Shown: one piece after another, positions 1 through 11,604 of the stretch
How positions within the stretch are numbered: the stretch's first letter is position 1
Layout: each line of letters opens with the position of its first letter
DNA from: Vicugna vicugna
Lineage: Eukaryota
DNA: 64,000 nucleotides
Assembly: GCA_013265495.1 (NCBI GenBank)
Contig: MU058198.1
Location: forward strand, 4,603,779-4,667,778
Direction of reading: 5' to 3'
Notes under the pieces: generated by a model
The model's database searches: none
What the model saw: the letters and a program-made list of their open reading frames with translations, nothing else
What the model was told of the DNA's origin: nothing
Translations under genes and position numbers: made by a program

Positions 1-3
1 ATG

Positions 4-211
4 GCCCTGCCCAACTCTGAGGGATAGCCTGCGGCCATGCCTGATTGCAGAGCACAGCCTGTGGTCTTGTCTGACTGCAAAGCTCCGGCTGCAGCCCTGC
101 CTGGACACAGAGTCCAGCCAGTGGCAGCATTCAGTTGGGGAACACAGCCTGAGATGCTGCCAAACCAGGAGTGATTGTGGAGTCCAGCCTACAGCCTTGC
201 CCAATTGCAAC
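4..211 (+). repeat. Degenerate ~30-bp tandem array, probably an old L1 5'UTR
   Basis: Units start at 4, 34, 64, 94, 124 (e.g. gccctgcccaactctgagggatagcctgcg / gccatgcctgattgcagagcacagcctgtg); the array runs directly into L1 ORF2. Confidence 0.6.
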
Positions 212-2560
212 TTTACATCCCAAGGAAGTAGAAAAAAGAAAAATATACACTAAACCCAAAGCTAGCAGAAAGAAGGAACTGATAAAGATTAGAGCAAAAA
301 TCAATAAACTAGAGAAAAGGGAAACAGTAGAAGAGATTGACAAAACTACAACTTGGTTCTTTGAAAAGATAAACAAAATTGACAAACCTTACCTGGCCTA
401 ACAAAAGAGAGACAGGAAGAGAGAGAGCCCAATAAATAGAATTCTAAACAAAAGGAGAGGCATTACAACTGATACCAGAGAAATACAAAGGATCATGAGA
501 GACTACTATGAACAATCATGCACCAACAAATTGTACACCCTGGAAGAAATGGATAAATTCCTAGAAACATACAACCTCCCAAGACTGAATTAGGAAGAAA
601 TAGAAAACCTGAACAGATGAATACAAAAATGTAAGGAAATTGAATCAGCAATCAAAAACCCCCTAATAAAGAAAAACCTAGGAACTAGTAGTTTCACTAG
701 CGAATTTTACTAAACATTTAAAGAATTGGCACAACTCCTTCTCAAACTCTTCCGAAAAACGGAAGAGGACGGGACACTCCTAAACTCATTTTATGAAGCC
801 AGCTTTACCCTGACACCAAAGCCAGATAAGGACACTACGAGAAAAGAAAACTATAGGCCAGTGTCCCTGATGAATATAGATATAAAAATTTTCAACAAAG
901 TATTATCAGACCAAATTCAACAACACATTGAAAAGATCATAAACCGTGATCAAGTGGGGTTTATCCCAGGGATGAAAGTGTGGTTCGACATATGCAAATC
1001 AATACATGTGGTATATCCCATTGATAGAATGAAAAGTCATATAATCATCTCAAGAGACGCAGAAAAATTGTTTGATGAAATTCAACATATGCAAATCAAT
1101 ACATGTGGTATATCCCATTGATAGAATGAAAAGTCATATAATCATCTCAAGAGACGCAGAAAAATTGTTTGATGAAATTCAACAGCCATTCATGATAAAA
1201 ACATATAACTAATTGGGTATAGAAAGAATGTACCTCAATATAATAAAGGCCGTATATGACAAGCCCACAGCTAACATCATACTCAACGGTGAGAGGCTGA
1301 AAGCTTTCCCTCTAGGGTCCTGCATAAAATAAAGATGCCCATTCTCACTACTTTTACTGAATTTAGTGCTGGAAATCCTAGCTAGAGCAAAGTAGGCAAG
1401 GAAAAAAAACATAAGAGAAATCCATATAGGAAAGGAAGAAGGAAAACTGTTGCTATTTTCTGATAATATGATCACATATATATAGAAGATCCTAAAGACT
1501 CCACTGAAAAACTCTTAGAACTAATAAATAAATTCAGCAAAGTTGCAGGATACAAAATCAATATACAGCAGTCTGTTGTGTTTTTATACACTAACAATGA
1601 ATTACCTGAAAAAACAAATAAAGAGAGCAATCCCATTACAGTTGTATCAAAAACAATAAAATACTTAGGAATAAATTTAACCAAGGAAGCAAAAGACCTG
1701 TACACTGAAAACAATAAAACACTGATGAAAGAAATTGAAGAATACACAAATAAATGGAAAGCTATTCTATGCTCATAGATTGGAAAAATATGCTGTCAAA
1801 ATATGTATACTACCTTAAGCCACCTATAGATAGGCAAACCCTATGAAGATTACAATGGCATAATTTATAGAAATAGAAAAAAAAATCCCTGAAATTTGCA
1901 TGAAACCACAAAATACCCTGAACAGTCAAAGCAGTCCTGGGAAAGAAGATAAAGCTGGAGGCATCTCACTTCCTGATTTCAAATGCTATTACAAAGCTAT
2001 AGGAATCAAAACACTATGGTACTGGCATGTAAACAGACAACCGGACCAATGGAACAGAAATAGACTCATGCATATATGATCAACTAATGTTTGACAAAGG
2101 AGCCAAGACTACACAATGATGAAAAAGTAGTCTCTTCAAGAAATAGTGTTGGGAAAACTGGATATTCACATGCAGAAAAATGAAATTGGACCTATGTCTT
2201 ACACCACTTAAAAAATTAACTCAAAATGGATTAAAAACTTAAATGCAAGACCTGAAACCATAAACTCCTAGAAGATAACAGAGGAGAAAACATCCTTGAC
2301 ATTGGTCTTGGCAGTGATTTTTATGGATAGGACAACAAAAGCACAAGCAATGAAAGCAATAATAAACAAGTGGAACTACATCAAACCACAAAGGTTCTGC
2401 ACAGCAAAAGAAACAGTCAACAAAATGAAAGGGCAACCTGTGGAATGGAAGAAAATATTTTCAAACCATCTATCTAATGAGAGGTTAATACCCAACATAT
2501 GTAAAGAACTGATGCAACTCAATACCAAACCCATAAATTATCTTATTGAAAAATGGATTA
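209..2560 (+). mobile_element. Decayed LINE-1 ORF2 (reverse transcriptase region), with stops and frameshifts
   Basis: Fragments [49 protein letters not shown] (degenerate FADDMI, ~1453-1473), IKYLGINLTKE, INKWNYIK. Confidence 0.97.
988..1184 (+). repeat. Exact 97-bp tandem duplication inside L1 ORF2
   Basis: acatatgcaaatc...gatgaaattcaaca occurs at 988-1087 and 1085-1184. Confidence 0.95.
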
Positions 2561-2726
2561 GAAATTGTTTTGCAACTTAATGAGTTGCACACATTAACTG
2601 TCTGCGTCACCATATGTCAGTTTCCTAAAGCCCAATGGGCAGAACAGTCATCTCGTTGCCAGGACCATTGGTTCCCTCCTTGTTTTTCACCGTCTTGTCC
2701 ATTCTGGGGAGAAGCCTGTACTCTGC

Positions 2727-2963
2727 AGCGTAGTGTAAGAGCACAGACCTTGGACTATGCTAGACCGGGTTCAAGTACTGGTTCTGCCGTTTATCGGCTT
2801 GGGGAAATTATTCGACCTCTTCCATCCTTGCTTTCTTTAGCCCTGAAACGGGGCCCCTAATGGGTCCTATGTCCTGGGATTACTTTGGAGGAATAGATGA
2901 GATAATGTATGTAAATTCTTTATATCAGTTCATGGCACATCGGAAAGACCTAATAAGTGACAG
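2727..2963 (+). mobile_element. MIR SINE
   Basis: gggttcaagtactggttctgcc head, core, and tail gatgagataatgtatgtaaa...ggcacat...aataagtg. Confidence 0.8.
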
Positions 2964-4251
2964 CAAAAGCAACACCCACGTGAGAAATAATCGTGGCACA
3001 CTGTGCATTTTACACATTATAAAGCACTTTGATATGAACTAAACCAATTTTGTTCTCCCACTGCTCTTGACACTGATATTATTAATTTCCGCTTTGTGAA
3101 TGAGGAAACCATTGCTCAGAGAATTCCAGTCATTTTTCCAGAGTTACCCCATCAGGGCTCATTCACACCTAGAAATTCTTACTTTGAGAGCATCTACATC
3201 AGCACAGTTCTAGAGAATCAAGGAGAATTTAGAGGCTCCCAGGGAAGATGAAAAGAATAAGTGAGGTTCACCAGCAGTCTCCGAGAGACAGCTAGGAGGT
3301 CAGAGCTACTGAGAAAGTTCAGTGCAGAGAGCAAGCTGGGGAATATTAGTTTCTTGAGAATGCTGAGACAGTTATTAAACCGGTGAAGCTGAGAGTACAG
3401 TAGTCCTATTAAATGACCTTTTCTCTCCTCTCACGTTTGTGTGCTATGACCCAGACTCGGCTGAATGGTCCATGGGTGGCCATATGGCATTTTGCAGATA
3501 CATACCTGGTCATCAACCCTGCTCCATAAATCCCCTTAACTGGGCGAGATCAGAGTAGAAATGGAGGCATTTCAAGCATTCCTAAATGACCATTTGTACA
3601 TTATTCAAAGCCACTCAGTCTCACTGCACGTGTGGGTTTTCTAAGGCATTCTAAGGAGATGTCCACTCTCTGAAATCTCCTCATGTCTTTAAATACTTCT
3701 TGAGACCAGCAATCAACCAAGTTGAGGTCTTTTTCACAGATGACAGCTCAGAGAGATTATGTTACTTTCTCAAGTTCTCACCGCCACTAAGTGGCAGTGC
3801 CGGCATTTAACTTCTGCCTGTAAAGTCACTCTCTCCATAGATGGAGGAGCGGGGCTTGACTCCCGAAATCCACTAGTGGCAGCACTGAAGCACCTTTCAG
3901 GGGCAGCTTCTTTGCAGTCTGGTTCGAATCCTGACTCTCCACTTGTTGGCTGCGACTTTGGGCAAATGAATGAACCCTCCAAAACTTCATCCATAGTAAC
4001 TGCCAATTTCATAAGGTTATTTGAAGTCTTAAGTGAGAAAATGTATTTCCTCTGATCTCAATCACTTAGAATCCCGTTACCTAAGCCATCAAAGTAGCAG
4101 TCAGGATTCAGCCCAGGAAACCCAAGCTGTCTGACTTCAGAGCCCTTAATCATCATGGATACAAAGTCGGGGCCGGGTTGGGAAGATTTACACAGAGATG
4201 GGGTGGAGAGAGGGGTTACAATGTGCATGGCTTTTCAATACATCAGTGGTG

Positions 4252-4480
4252 AATTATTTATTGAGTCTTGCTAAATGCCAAGGATTCTCCTAAATACAGG
4301 TAGTAATTTAATTCAACTGCACAATAATCCTGTGAGGTGGGAACCATGGTCAACCCTGTTTTCAAGGGGAGGAACCGAAGCACAGGAGTGTTAAAGTTCT
4401 TGCCCAGGGTCACACAGCTAGTAAGTGGAGTCAAGCAGTGTAGGTTAGGAGTCTACTAAGTTCACATCCTACTAGACTAC
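4252..4480 (-). mobile_element. MIR SINE
   Basis: Antisense MIR core gaggaaccgaagcacagg...cttgcccagggtcacacagctagtaagtgg. Confidence 0.85.
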
Positions 4481-4500
4481 ATCTCTAATACTCTTTAGAA

Positions 4501-4685
4501 CAGAGTTTCTCTACCTCTGTGCTGTTGACATCTTGGGTGAGATAATTCTTTACTGTGGGGGACTGTCCTGTGCATTGTAGGATGTTAAGCCGCACCCCTG
4601 GCCTCTACCCATTAGATGGCACTAACGCTACCCTCCTGCCAGTTGTTAAGAACCAAAATGTCTCCGGACATTGCCAAATATTCCA

Positions 4686-4723
<38 letters not shown>

Positions 4724-4741
4724 TGGTGATGGCGGCAAAAT
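4501..4741. mobile_element. MER20 (hAT-Charlie MITE)
   Basis: ttgacatcttggg...ggactgtcctgtgcattgtaggatg...cctggcctctaccc...aaaatgtctccggacattgccaaat matches the MER20 consensus as I recall it. Confidence 0.88.
4688..4721. repeat. (TG)17 microsatellite
   Basis: Read directly; lies within the MER20 end. Confidence 0.97.
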
Positions 4742-4759
4742 TAATTTGAAGCTTGGTGC

Positions 4760-4915
4760 AACCATTTGCCAGTTGTGTGACCTTAGGCAAGTTACTCTCT
4801 GAGGCTCAGTTATTTCATATGTAAAAGGAAGACAGTTAAGCCAAGATGATCAGGAAGATAAAAGAAGACGATGCCTGTACAATCCCTGAACATAGAAAGC
4901 ACTCCGCAGACGGTG
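4760..4915 (+). mobile_element. MIR SINE
   Basis: tgtgtgaccttaggcaagttactctctgaggctcagtt...tgtaaaa core. Confidence 0.8.
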
Positions 4916-5361
4916 GCTGGAATCATCATGCCTCACCACCTCGAGGTATTCACACCTCACTTTGTATCATGATCGACACTTCATGAATTGTGCCTACACA
5001 CTTCGTTTCAGTAAATCTTTGAGACAGGCAGGGCTTATGATCCCCTTTTGAGAGCAGAACACTGAGAACCACCCATCAGAGAAATGATGCTTACCAACTA
5101 TGTAAATCTTTACTCCTTTCTTGGGAAGGAGTGGGGGGTGTTAAGAGAGAAGGAAATTATTCCTCTAAAACTGTTTCCTTCTGTAACACAGAATGGAAAT
5201 CCTCTCTCATTTATGGAAATTTGAGTGGTATTTCTTACCACCCTCCACCCCAACAGTAAGAGAAATGAGACCATTAATTGAACCTTTACTATGTACCAGA
5301 AACTATGCTTAATTTTTCATCTTGCATTGTGTTATTTCTTACAAATAACCTGTAATTCTCC

Positions 5362-5861
5362 TGGTAGTGGATTGATCTCAGTAATGGCCCCAGTGTGTTT
5401 GGGTCTCATGACCTTTGTACACTTGCCCCGTACTCATGCCCTTTGGTGGTGCCCTCTCACACTGACTCTGGGTTTGGTTATGTGGCTGTTTGCACCAATG
5501 ATCACTAACTGACGGGTGCAAGCGGAGACCTGAGAAGTGCTTGTGCCTCAGGACTTGTCTTTTTGCTCCTCTGGGACACCTGAGCTGCCATGTGAACAAG
5601 CCCAGGCCAGCCTGCTGGATGATGAGACATTCACGGCCCGTGGCCCCCAGGTGTCCTACCTGACACCCGGCCAATTTCAGACAGTTGGCAGCTGACCCCA
5701 GATGCATGAATGAGCTCCTCTAAGACCAGAAGAATTGTGCAGATGAGTTTAATCTCCATTACCAACCTATAACCATGAGTTAAGAAATAGTTGGGTTTTT
5801 TTTTTAAGGCACTCTGCTTTGGGGTATTTTATTGAGGATGCAAAAAAGGCTAACTGAAGCA
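5362..5861 (+). mobile_element. MaLR solo LTR (MLT1G/H-like) splitting an antisense MIR (5272-5361, 5862-5965)
   Basis: gccatgtgaacaagcccaggccagcctgctgga motif; 3' end ...gctaactgaagca; near-TSD tctcc/actcc. Confidence 0.85.
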
Positions 5862-6328
5862 ACTCCCTTTTATAAATGAGGCCACATGGGCTCAAAGAGG
5901 CTATATACGTTTCTGTGGTCACACAGCCAGTGAGTGATAACATTGAGAAATGACCACTTTACTCCAGAATCCACGCAGCTCCAGCCTGGGTTGGGGAGAC
6001 ATACTCAGTGGGAGAAAGGAGAGGAAGTAAACCAGGTACAGAGGCCATAGTAACTGGGGCCAGGTTCTGCTGGAGTGGACGTTCATCTGGTGAGGGAGTG
6101 CTCAGTTCCATCCTGTTCATCTCCTACACTTTCTCCTAATTATTGGGACGATCCCTTAAACGAGAGAGGCCTGTGGAGTTGCCTTTACAGATAGTAAGGG
6201 ACGTATCTGAGGTCATTATTCCTCAGGAAGAAAGAGTTTGCAGAGTTGCTGCATGAAAAAAGGAAGCCACAGGGGCCATAGGATTCCCTGGTAGAACTTT
6301 CCTGCTGAAACTTTGTACTCTGACACCA

Positions 6329-6803
6329 TTTTTTTTTGTAGAGAAACAAGCATTTAATAATTATTCAATAGAAATTATTATTATTATTATTAACAACAAC
6401 AACCCAGAATTAACCTTTCCATAAAACATATATAGAAGCCAATCCTTTTAAACCAATGACATATATATATATATAATTCTTTGGCAAAGTCACTGCACAT
6501 AGCAACTTGTTTTCATTCTGTACACATGACTGAGGTCTCCTTCATGGGCCTTGAGTTATTAAGGTCTGTGAATTTGTTTCTTATAGGTGTTCCCAGTGCC
6601 CAGCATATTGCTTGGCACACGATGGTCCTGCATTCTATACTGGTTGAAGAAATTGTATGATTCATGTGCCCATAACATTACATTATTTAAGAAAACTGAC
6701 TTAAACACCCTTTGGAGAAATGTCTTATTAGGGCAGTAATTTAAGTCATCTTCTTATTTATAAGAATCCTTGTTTTCATAAAAGATATCTATATGTTAAA
6801 TTC
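6329..6803 (-). other. L1 3'-transduced genomic segment with its own poly(A)
   Basis: Lies between the L1 tail and a second T9 tract (6329-6337); ATTAAA (tttaat at 6353-6358) 15 nt from the tail; whole unit flanked by tgacaccattt at 6321 and 6970. Confidence 0.82.
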
Positions 6804-6969
6804 TTTTTTTTGAACAATATAACATTTTTTATTGATTTATAATCATTTAACAATGTTATGTCAAATTCCAGTGTAGAGCACAATTTTTCACTTATACATG
6901 ACCTATATATATTCATTGTCAGATATTTTTCTCTGTGAGCTACCATAAGACCTTGTGTATATTTCCCTG
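6804..6969 (-). mobile_element. 5'-truncated young L1 3' end (camelid/artiodactyl type)
   Basis: T8 tract 6804-6811, tttatt signal, aatgttatgtcaaattccagtgtagagcaca...atatttccctgt. Confidence 0.9.
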
Positions 6970-7574
6970 TGACACCATTTCTTAATTTTCACATTTCCCA
7001 GCGCATTAGCTGTACTGAACGTCTCATTTCCCAAGCAATAGAACTCTCACTTCCATTTTCGGGGTACTTTAGGGCGTGGTAAGTCTGCCCCTATTCCTGG
7101 TTTTCCCCCTGTGTTCTCCCACCTTCAAGGAAGTGCAGACATGATCATAGCCATGAGTATCCATACATTTGAGCAGGTGGCGGGTCCTAGTGGGCGTGGT
7201 CATCCTAAGATGTGATGCGCGTGGTGATATCCTCTCTTCTCTCTCTTCTTTGATGAGGACCTGGGGTCCACCCTTCCATCAGATAGTATCCAACCATTTT
7301 TCTCTCTTCTTTATCCTACCTTTGCACCTGGATCTGTCCAGAGTAAGTGCTCCATAAATGTTCGATGCCCCTCGTTTTCTTCTGTATTTGCATATTCTTG
7401 ATCAAAAAGATCCAAGAGTTAGGTCAGAACTTAACGATGAGGTGGAGGCCTCGTAGGAGGGATCTCGCTTTGGCATCGTTTCAGGACGAGAGGCTCATTT
7501 TCTGTACTTAGTCCTGAACCTCAGCTTTAACTCAGTCTACTCCACTGCAGAGTAATTCTTCCTATGCCTCTTTC

Positions 7575-7850
7575 TCTTCCAGACTGTTAAGTTCCCCCAG
7601 GCTTTAAAATGGTATCTTTTTTCCCCCCTTTTGTATCCCTATTATCTAACCCAGAATCTAGACAGTATAACATAAATAGAGAAGAGATATTTCCTGAATG
7701 AAGACATCTGTGTTCAGATCAGCCCTGCTCCTTCCTAGCTGCACGGCATTGAGAAGGTAACCTTTCTGAGACTTAATTTTCTCAACTAGAAAATGAAGGT
7801 AATCATGTCTATCTGACACGGCTATTGTGAGAATGAAATGAAATAAAACA
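7575..7850 (+). mobile_element. L2 3' end followed by MIR fragment
   Basis: ccagactgttaagttcc...cctgaatgaa, then ttctcaactagaaaatg...attgtgagaatgaaatga. Confidence 0.6.
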
Positions 7851-8397
7851 CACGGAAAGAACATTATTTCCCTCCTTTTCATGGTAACCCATCTGTGAAG
7901 CGGGGAGGAGGGTCGTGGTGTGTGGACGGTACCAGATCACTGGGCCGGTTCCTCTGCAGTTTTGCCCCAGATCTGCCTCATTAACATGCATCCATCCCTC
8001 CAGTAAAGGACCCTCGGGCTGGTTTTCTCTGTTAGTTATGGCCAGCGCCAGTCTTCCCTGGGTAGCGTCTCTGCGATTAATGGCTACAGAATCACCAGGG
8101 CTGGAGCAGGCTGGTTTTTCTTGGATTCTTTTTTTGAGTTTGTAATCTTAGCTGTCACCCGCTTGGCTCCGAAGATTATTAAGCATTCCACAAGGAAAGC
8201 ATTCTCTTTAGAATGGCTCTGAAGCAGCCGTGATGGAGGAAATCTACTTACCCTGCCCTGCACTCCTGCCCCCTTGCCTGGTGTCTAGTCAAGAGTCACC
8301 CGTGACCTTGGCAAAGAGGAGGCAGCCTGCCTCGGTCCAAGCTCAATTATCAGGAGATAACCTCTGCAAGTTGGTTAAATAGGATTTCTCTTTCCCA

Positions 8398-8444
8398 TTT
8401 TTTTCCTTTCTTTCTTTTCTTCTTCTTCTTCTTCTTCTTTTTTT
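8398..8444. repeat. (TTC)n/polypyrimidine tract
   Basis: Read directly. Confidence 0.9.
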
Positions 8445-9009
8445 AAGCTCAGCAGAAAAGGGCTTTGCTGGATACAGCAAGGACAAATGTATACCGTGAT
8501 AGAGGAGAGTTTTCAGTTTTGTTGGGGGAGAGAGATTGCATATCAACCCGAGGTTGTACACACTCTGCCTCTTTAGAGGGAACTTCAAAAGCCTCACTCC
8601 AGAGATTTGCTGAGAGGAGCGTAGCCTGTTGGTTAGTGTATAATGTAACATTTGCTTTTATCCTTATAAATATTTTAACTCTTCTTTCACTCTGGATCCC
8701 TTGTTTCAAAGCCAAATTTCTTTCACTTTGTTCCTACAATTGCACCTTCTTCCTGGCATCCAGGCAATTTTCCTTATTCTGCCCAAGGCTTGCATTCAGG
8801 TTAGTAAAATAAGTCTCCCTGTCTCTGCCTTTCACAAGCTCTTTCAATTGGACAGCTCACTGTGCTTTTAGGAAATTCTTCAATCTTAGTTTATGTTTTT
8901 TTTTATTCCCTTCCTCCCTGCAATGCTCAGGTCTCGAGCCCCCTTTTTGATTTGAGAGAATGTTTTCTTTTGCTTTTCCTCCTGTTGTGTTTGCATTTTA
9001 TTTTAGAAA

Positions 9010-9960
9010 TGTTAATTCAACATCGATCGATGTCTTCTCTGTATCAATCCCTGTGCTAAGAGATGGTGAGTGTGTGGGAGGCTCTTTCCAGGAAGAACTC
9101 ATAATCATGCAAATACAATGTCCTAAAGATTATTGATATCTGTCTGTCTGTCTGTCTATCTGTCTACCTACCTACCTATATCGATACATATCTATCTACC
9201 TATATAAGTCTGTCTATCATCTATCTATCCAGATGGATAGAAATAGAAATACAGATACATATACATATTTACAGATGTGTAGATAGGTAAGATGTAGCTA
9301 TAGAGAGCACCAGCCTCTTTCTCTATAGAGAAATACCTAATAGAAACTTACTCAAGACTTGAGCAAAGGGGATCAAGAAAGACCTCTTTGTATTGACGTA
9401 TGAATAAGCGATCGGGGTTATTCAGCTGTATAAGTAGGGGAAAGACACTGTGAGCAGAATAGATAACAGATAAAATGTTGTAGAAACTTGTAAGGATGTA
9501 GCCTGGAATGCTGGGGAAGGATAAGAATCTGGTGTGGCTGGAGACTGGGATGTGTTGGACGAGGCTGGAAGGATAACCAGGACTTATGTTGGTTCTCTTC
9601 CTGGTGGAATAAAGAGTTGAGCTCGGTGGGGGCGGGTATAGCTCAGTGGTAGAGCGTGTGCCTAGCAAGCACAAGGTCCTGGGTTCAATCCCCACTACCT
9701 CCATTGTAAATAAATAAGTAAAATCTAATTACCTCACCCCCCTCAAAAGTATACAGTGCTGTATGTCAATTATATCTCAATAAAACTGGAAGGAAAAAAA
9801 GAATGATTGAAAAAAAAAAAAAGATTTGAGCTTGGACTTTCCCTGTGGATGGTATGGGACTACTGGAGATTTTTTAGCAAATGAGTAATTTGTTCATGTG
9901 AGGAAATGATTGTAAGTGGCTGCGAAAAACAGACTAAGTCGTAAGCAACTGAGGCAGGAT
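9010..9960 (-). mobile_element. Old L2 fragment interrupted by a TCTA/TAGA repeat and a SINE
   Basis: Purine-rich antisense L2 text (ctgtgctaag..., ggtgtggctggag..., ttggactttccctgtgg...actggagatttt). Confidence 0.6.
9625..9819 (+). mobile_element. tRNA(Ala)-derived SINE, camelid Vic-1 type, with an extended L1-like tail
   Basis: A box TAGCTCAGTGG 9639-9649, B box GGTTCAATCC 9682-9691, ctaattacctc-C-rich tail, poly(A), TSD aaagagttgagctc (9611-9624) / aaagatttgagctt (9820-9833). Confidence 0.9.
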
Positions 9961-11604
9961 ATTCACTAACCATTTAATTTGCCAAATCCTGACCAAAATG
10001 TCTGATAAATTCTTAAGAAGAGGTCAATACAGAATCGATCAACCAATGTCCTAGAAACCCCCCAAAATCAAGTTCACATGGAAGTTCCACCAGACACACA
10101 CACTGTGTGAGGATGGAAGCAAGCTCGTGGTTTGGATTCCAGGCCCTCGTTCAAGTGAGGATTGTGCTGACATTTTGATCTGGTAGCTGCCGGCATTGCG
10201 GCCCCGCTGTTGTTTCCATTTCTCTTACTCTGATTTACGTCACCATTAGATCACAGTGATCCCTAATGGGGGAAAATGCCTTTAATTCTTTCTTTGCCAA
10301 AGCCTTGTTTTGAAGTCCAGTAAATGTTGTTCAGGGCTGTATCCTATCAGCCAGCATTTCGGTTGTTAATGGTGAAGCCTTCGGTTCTCCTAGAGAACTC
10401 AGTATTACATGGACTCTCGAGAGCTAATTTCTCTCCAAAGCACACTGGCTGCACTTACCAGATGTCACTCGCTGTGGGGAGAAGCAGCCCTTTGCCACCT
10501 CCACGCTGAGCTTTCATTAGCTGAGCCTTCATCATCTGGGTCCTCGTCGGCTCCGGGCGTGGGGAGCTGGAGCCTGCAAATGGCATCTTCTCACTTCAAG
10601 ACTCTGCTCGCTCCTTGCCAGCCCTTCTCTAGGGCTGGCAGTCTTGGGGAGGCTCTTCTCCAACTGCTTTCCACTCTTGTCTTCAGCCACAGGCATGGGC
10701 CATGTTTGTGTTTGGTTTGGGAAGTGGCCTCTGCCCCAGAGCCCTGCGGTGGGGAAACAGGAGACGTGTACAATTAGCAATCAACGGCTTTATCTCCGCT
10801 CACATGTAAGAGACATAATTAGCTGGTTCCATCTGTTACTGATACCTGCTGGAATCAGCCGTTCGCACCTCAGCCAGATATTACAGTGAGTGGGAGGGAC
10901 TGCAAAGGAAACATTTCAAAAATAACTCACATTTTGTTGTTTCAGACATCCTGCCCCCTTGGAGTCAGTCTCCAACTTCTGCTTCCCTCAGGTATATCCA
11001 GTTTGCTGTCAGTTGGCAAGGAGAGGGGCACGCTGACGAATATGGCAGCTGAGGGTGTGCAGGATTTCCCGAAGAGCTGAGAACTTCAATTTAAAGGGAC
11101 AAGACTTGGTGTGTCATGCGGCAGTACTGGGGGGCTGTCCCATCTGGGGACATGGCGCGATACAGGGGCTGGGCTCAGATACTGAGATGGGAAATATTTG
11201 CAGAGGGAAAAATCCAAAGGACCAGCTGGAGCCCCTACGACTGCTAGGGGAGGTGACGGGCCAGCGGTCACTCAGCCAGGAAGGTGGTGAGCCGGGATTT
11301 GCATCTAAGCCAAACTCCAAAGCCCGTTTTCTGGATCACGATGCATCACTCTTGTTGGATGGAGTTTTGTGGCTATCATTGGTCTCATGGGAATTAGGAA
11401 GCTCCAGGACCACTTTTATTTTTTGAGGTTGAAACAGCTTTGCAAAAACGAGGCATTTAAAAAGAAATATTCCCACCTACATAATGAATGCTTTTAATGT
11501 AAAAAGGTACAATGCAATATCATTGGGTTATTCACAAGATAATAACAGGGTTCATAAAATATTAATTTATAGTACTATAAGCAGCAGAGCCTGAGTGAGG
11601 GGCA

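Noticed and set aside
4..211. CRISPR-like array
   Set aside because: Contiguous degenerate units with no unique spacers, no cas genes, mammalian context.
209..2560. Active L1 or protein-coding ORF2
   Set aside because: Multiple stops and frameshifts, mutated catalytic motif (FSDN), no ORF1.
9020..9033. 14-bp perfect palindrome acatcgatcgatgt
   Set aside because: Isolated, within a decayed L2 end, with no supporting context.
9628..9703. Functional tRNA-Ala(AGC) gene
   Set aside because: Imperfect acceptor stem, SINE-specific tail, poly(A) and TSD show it is a SINE.
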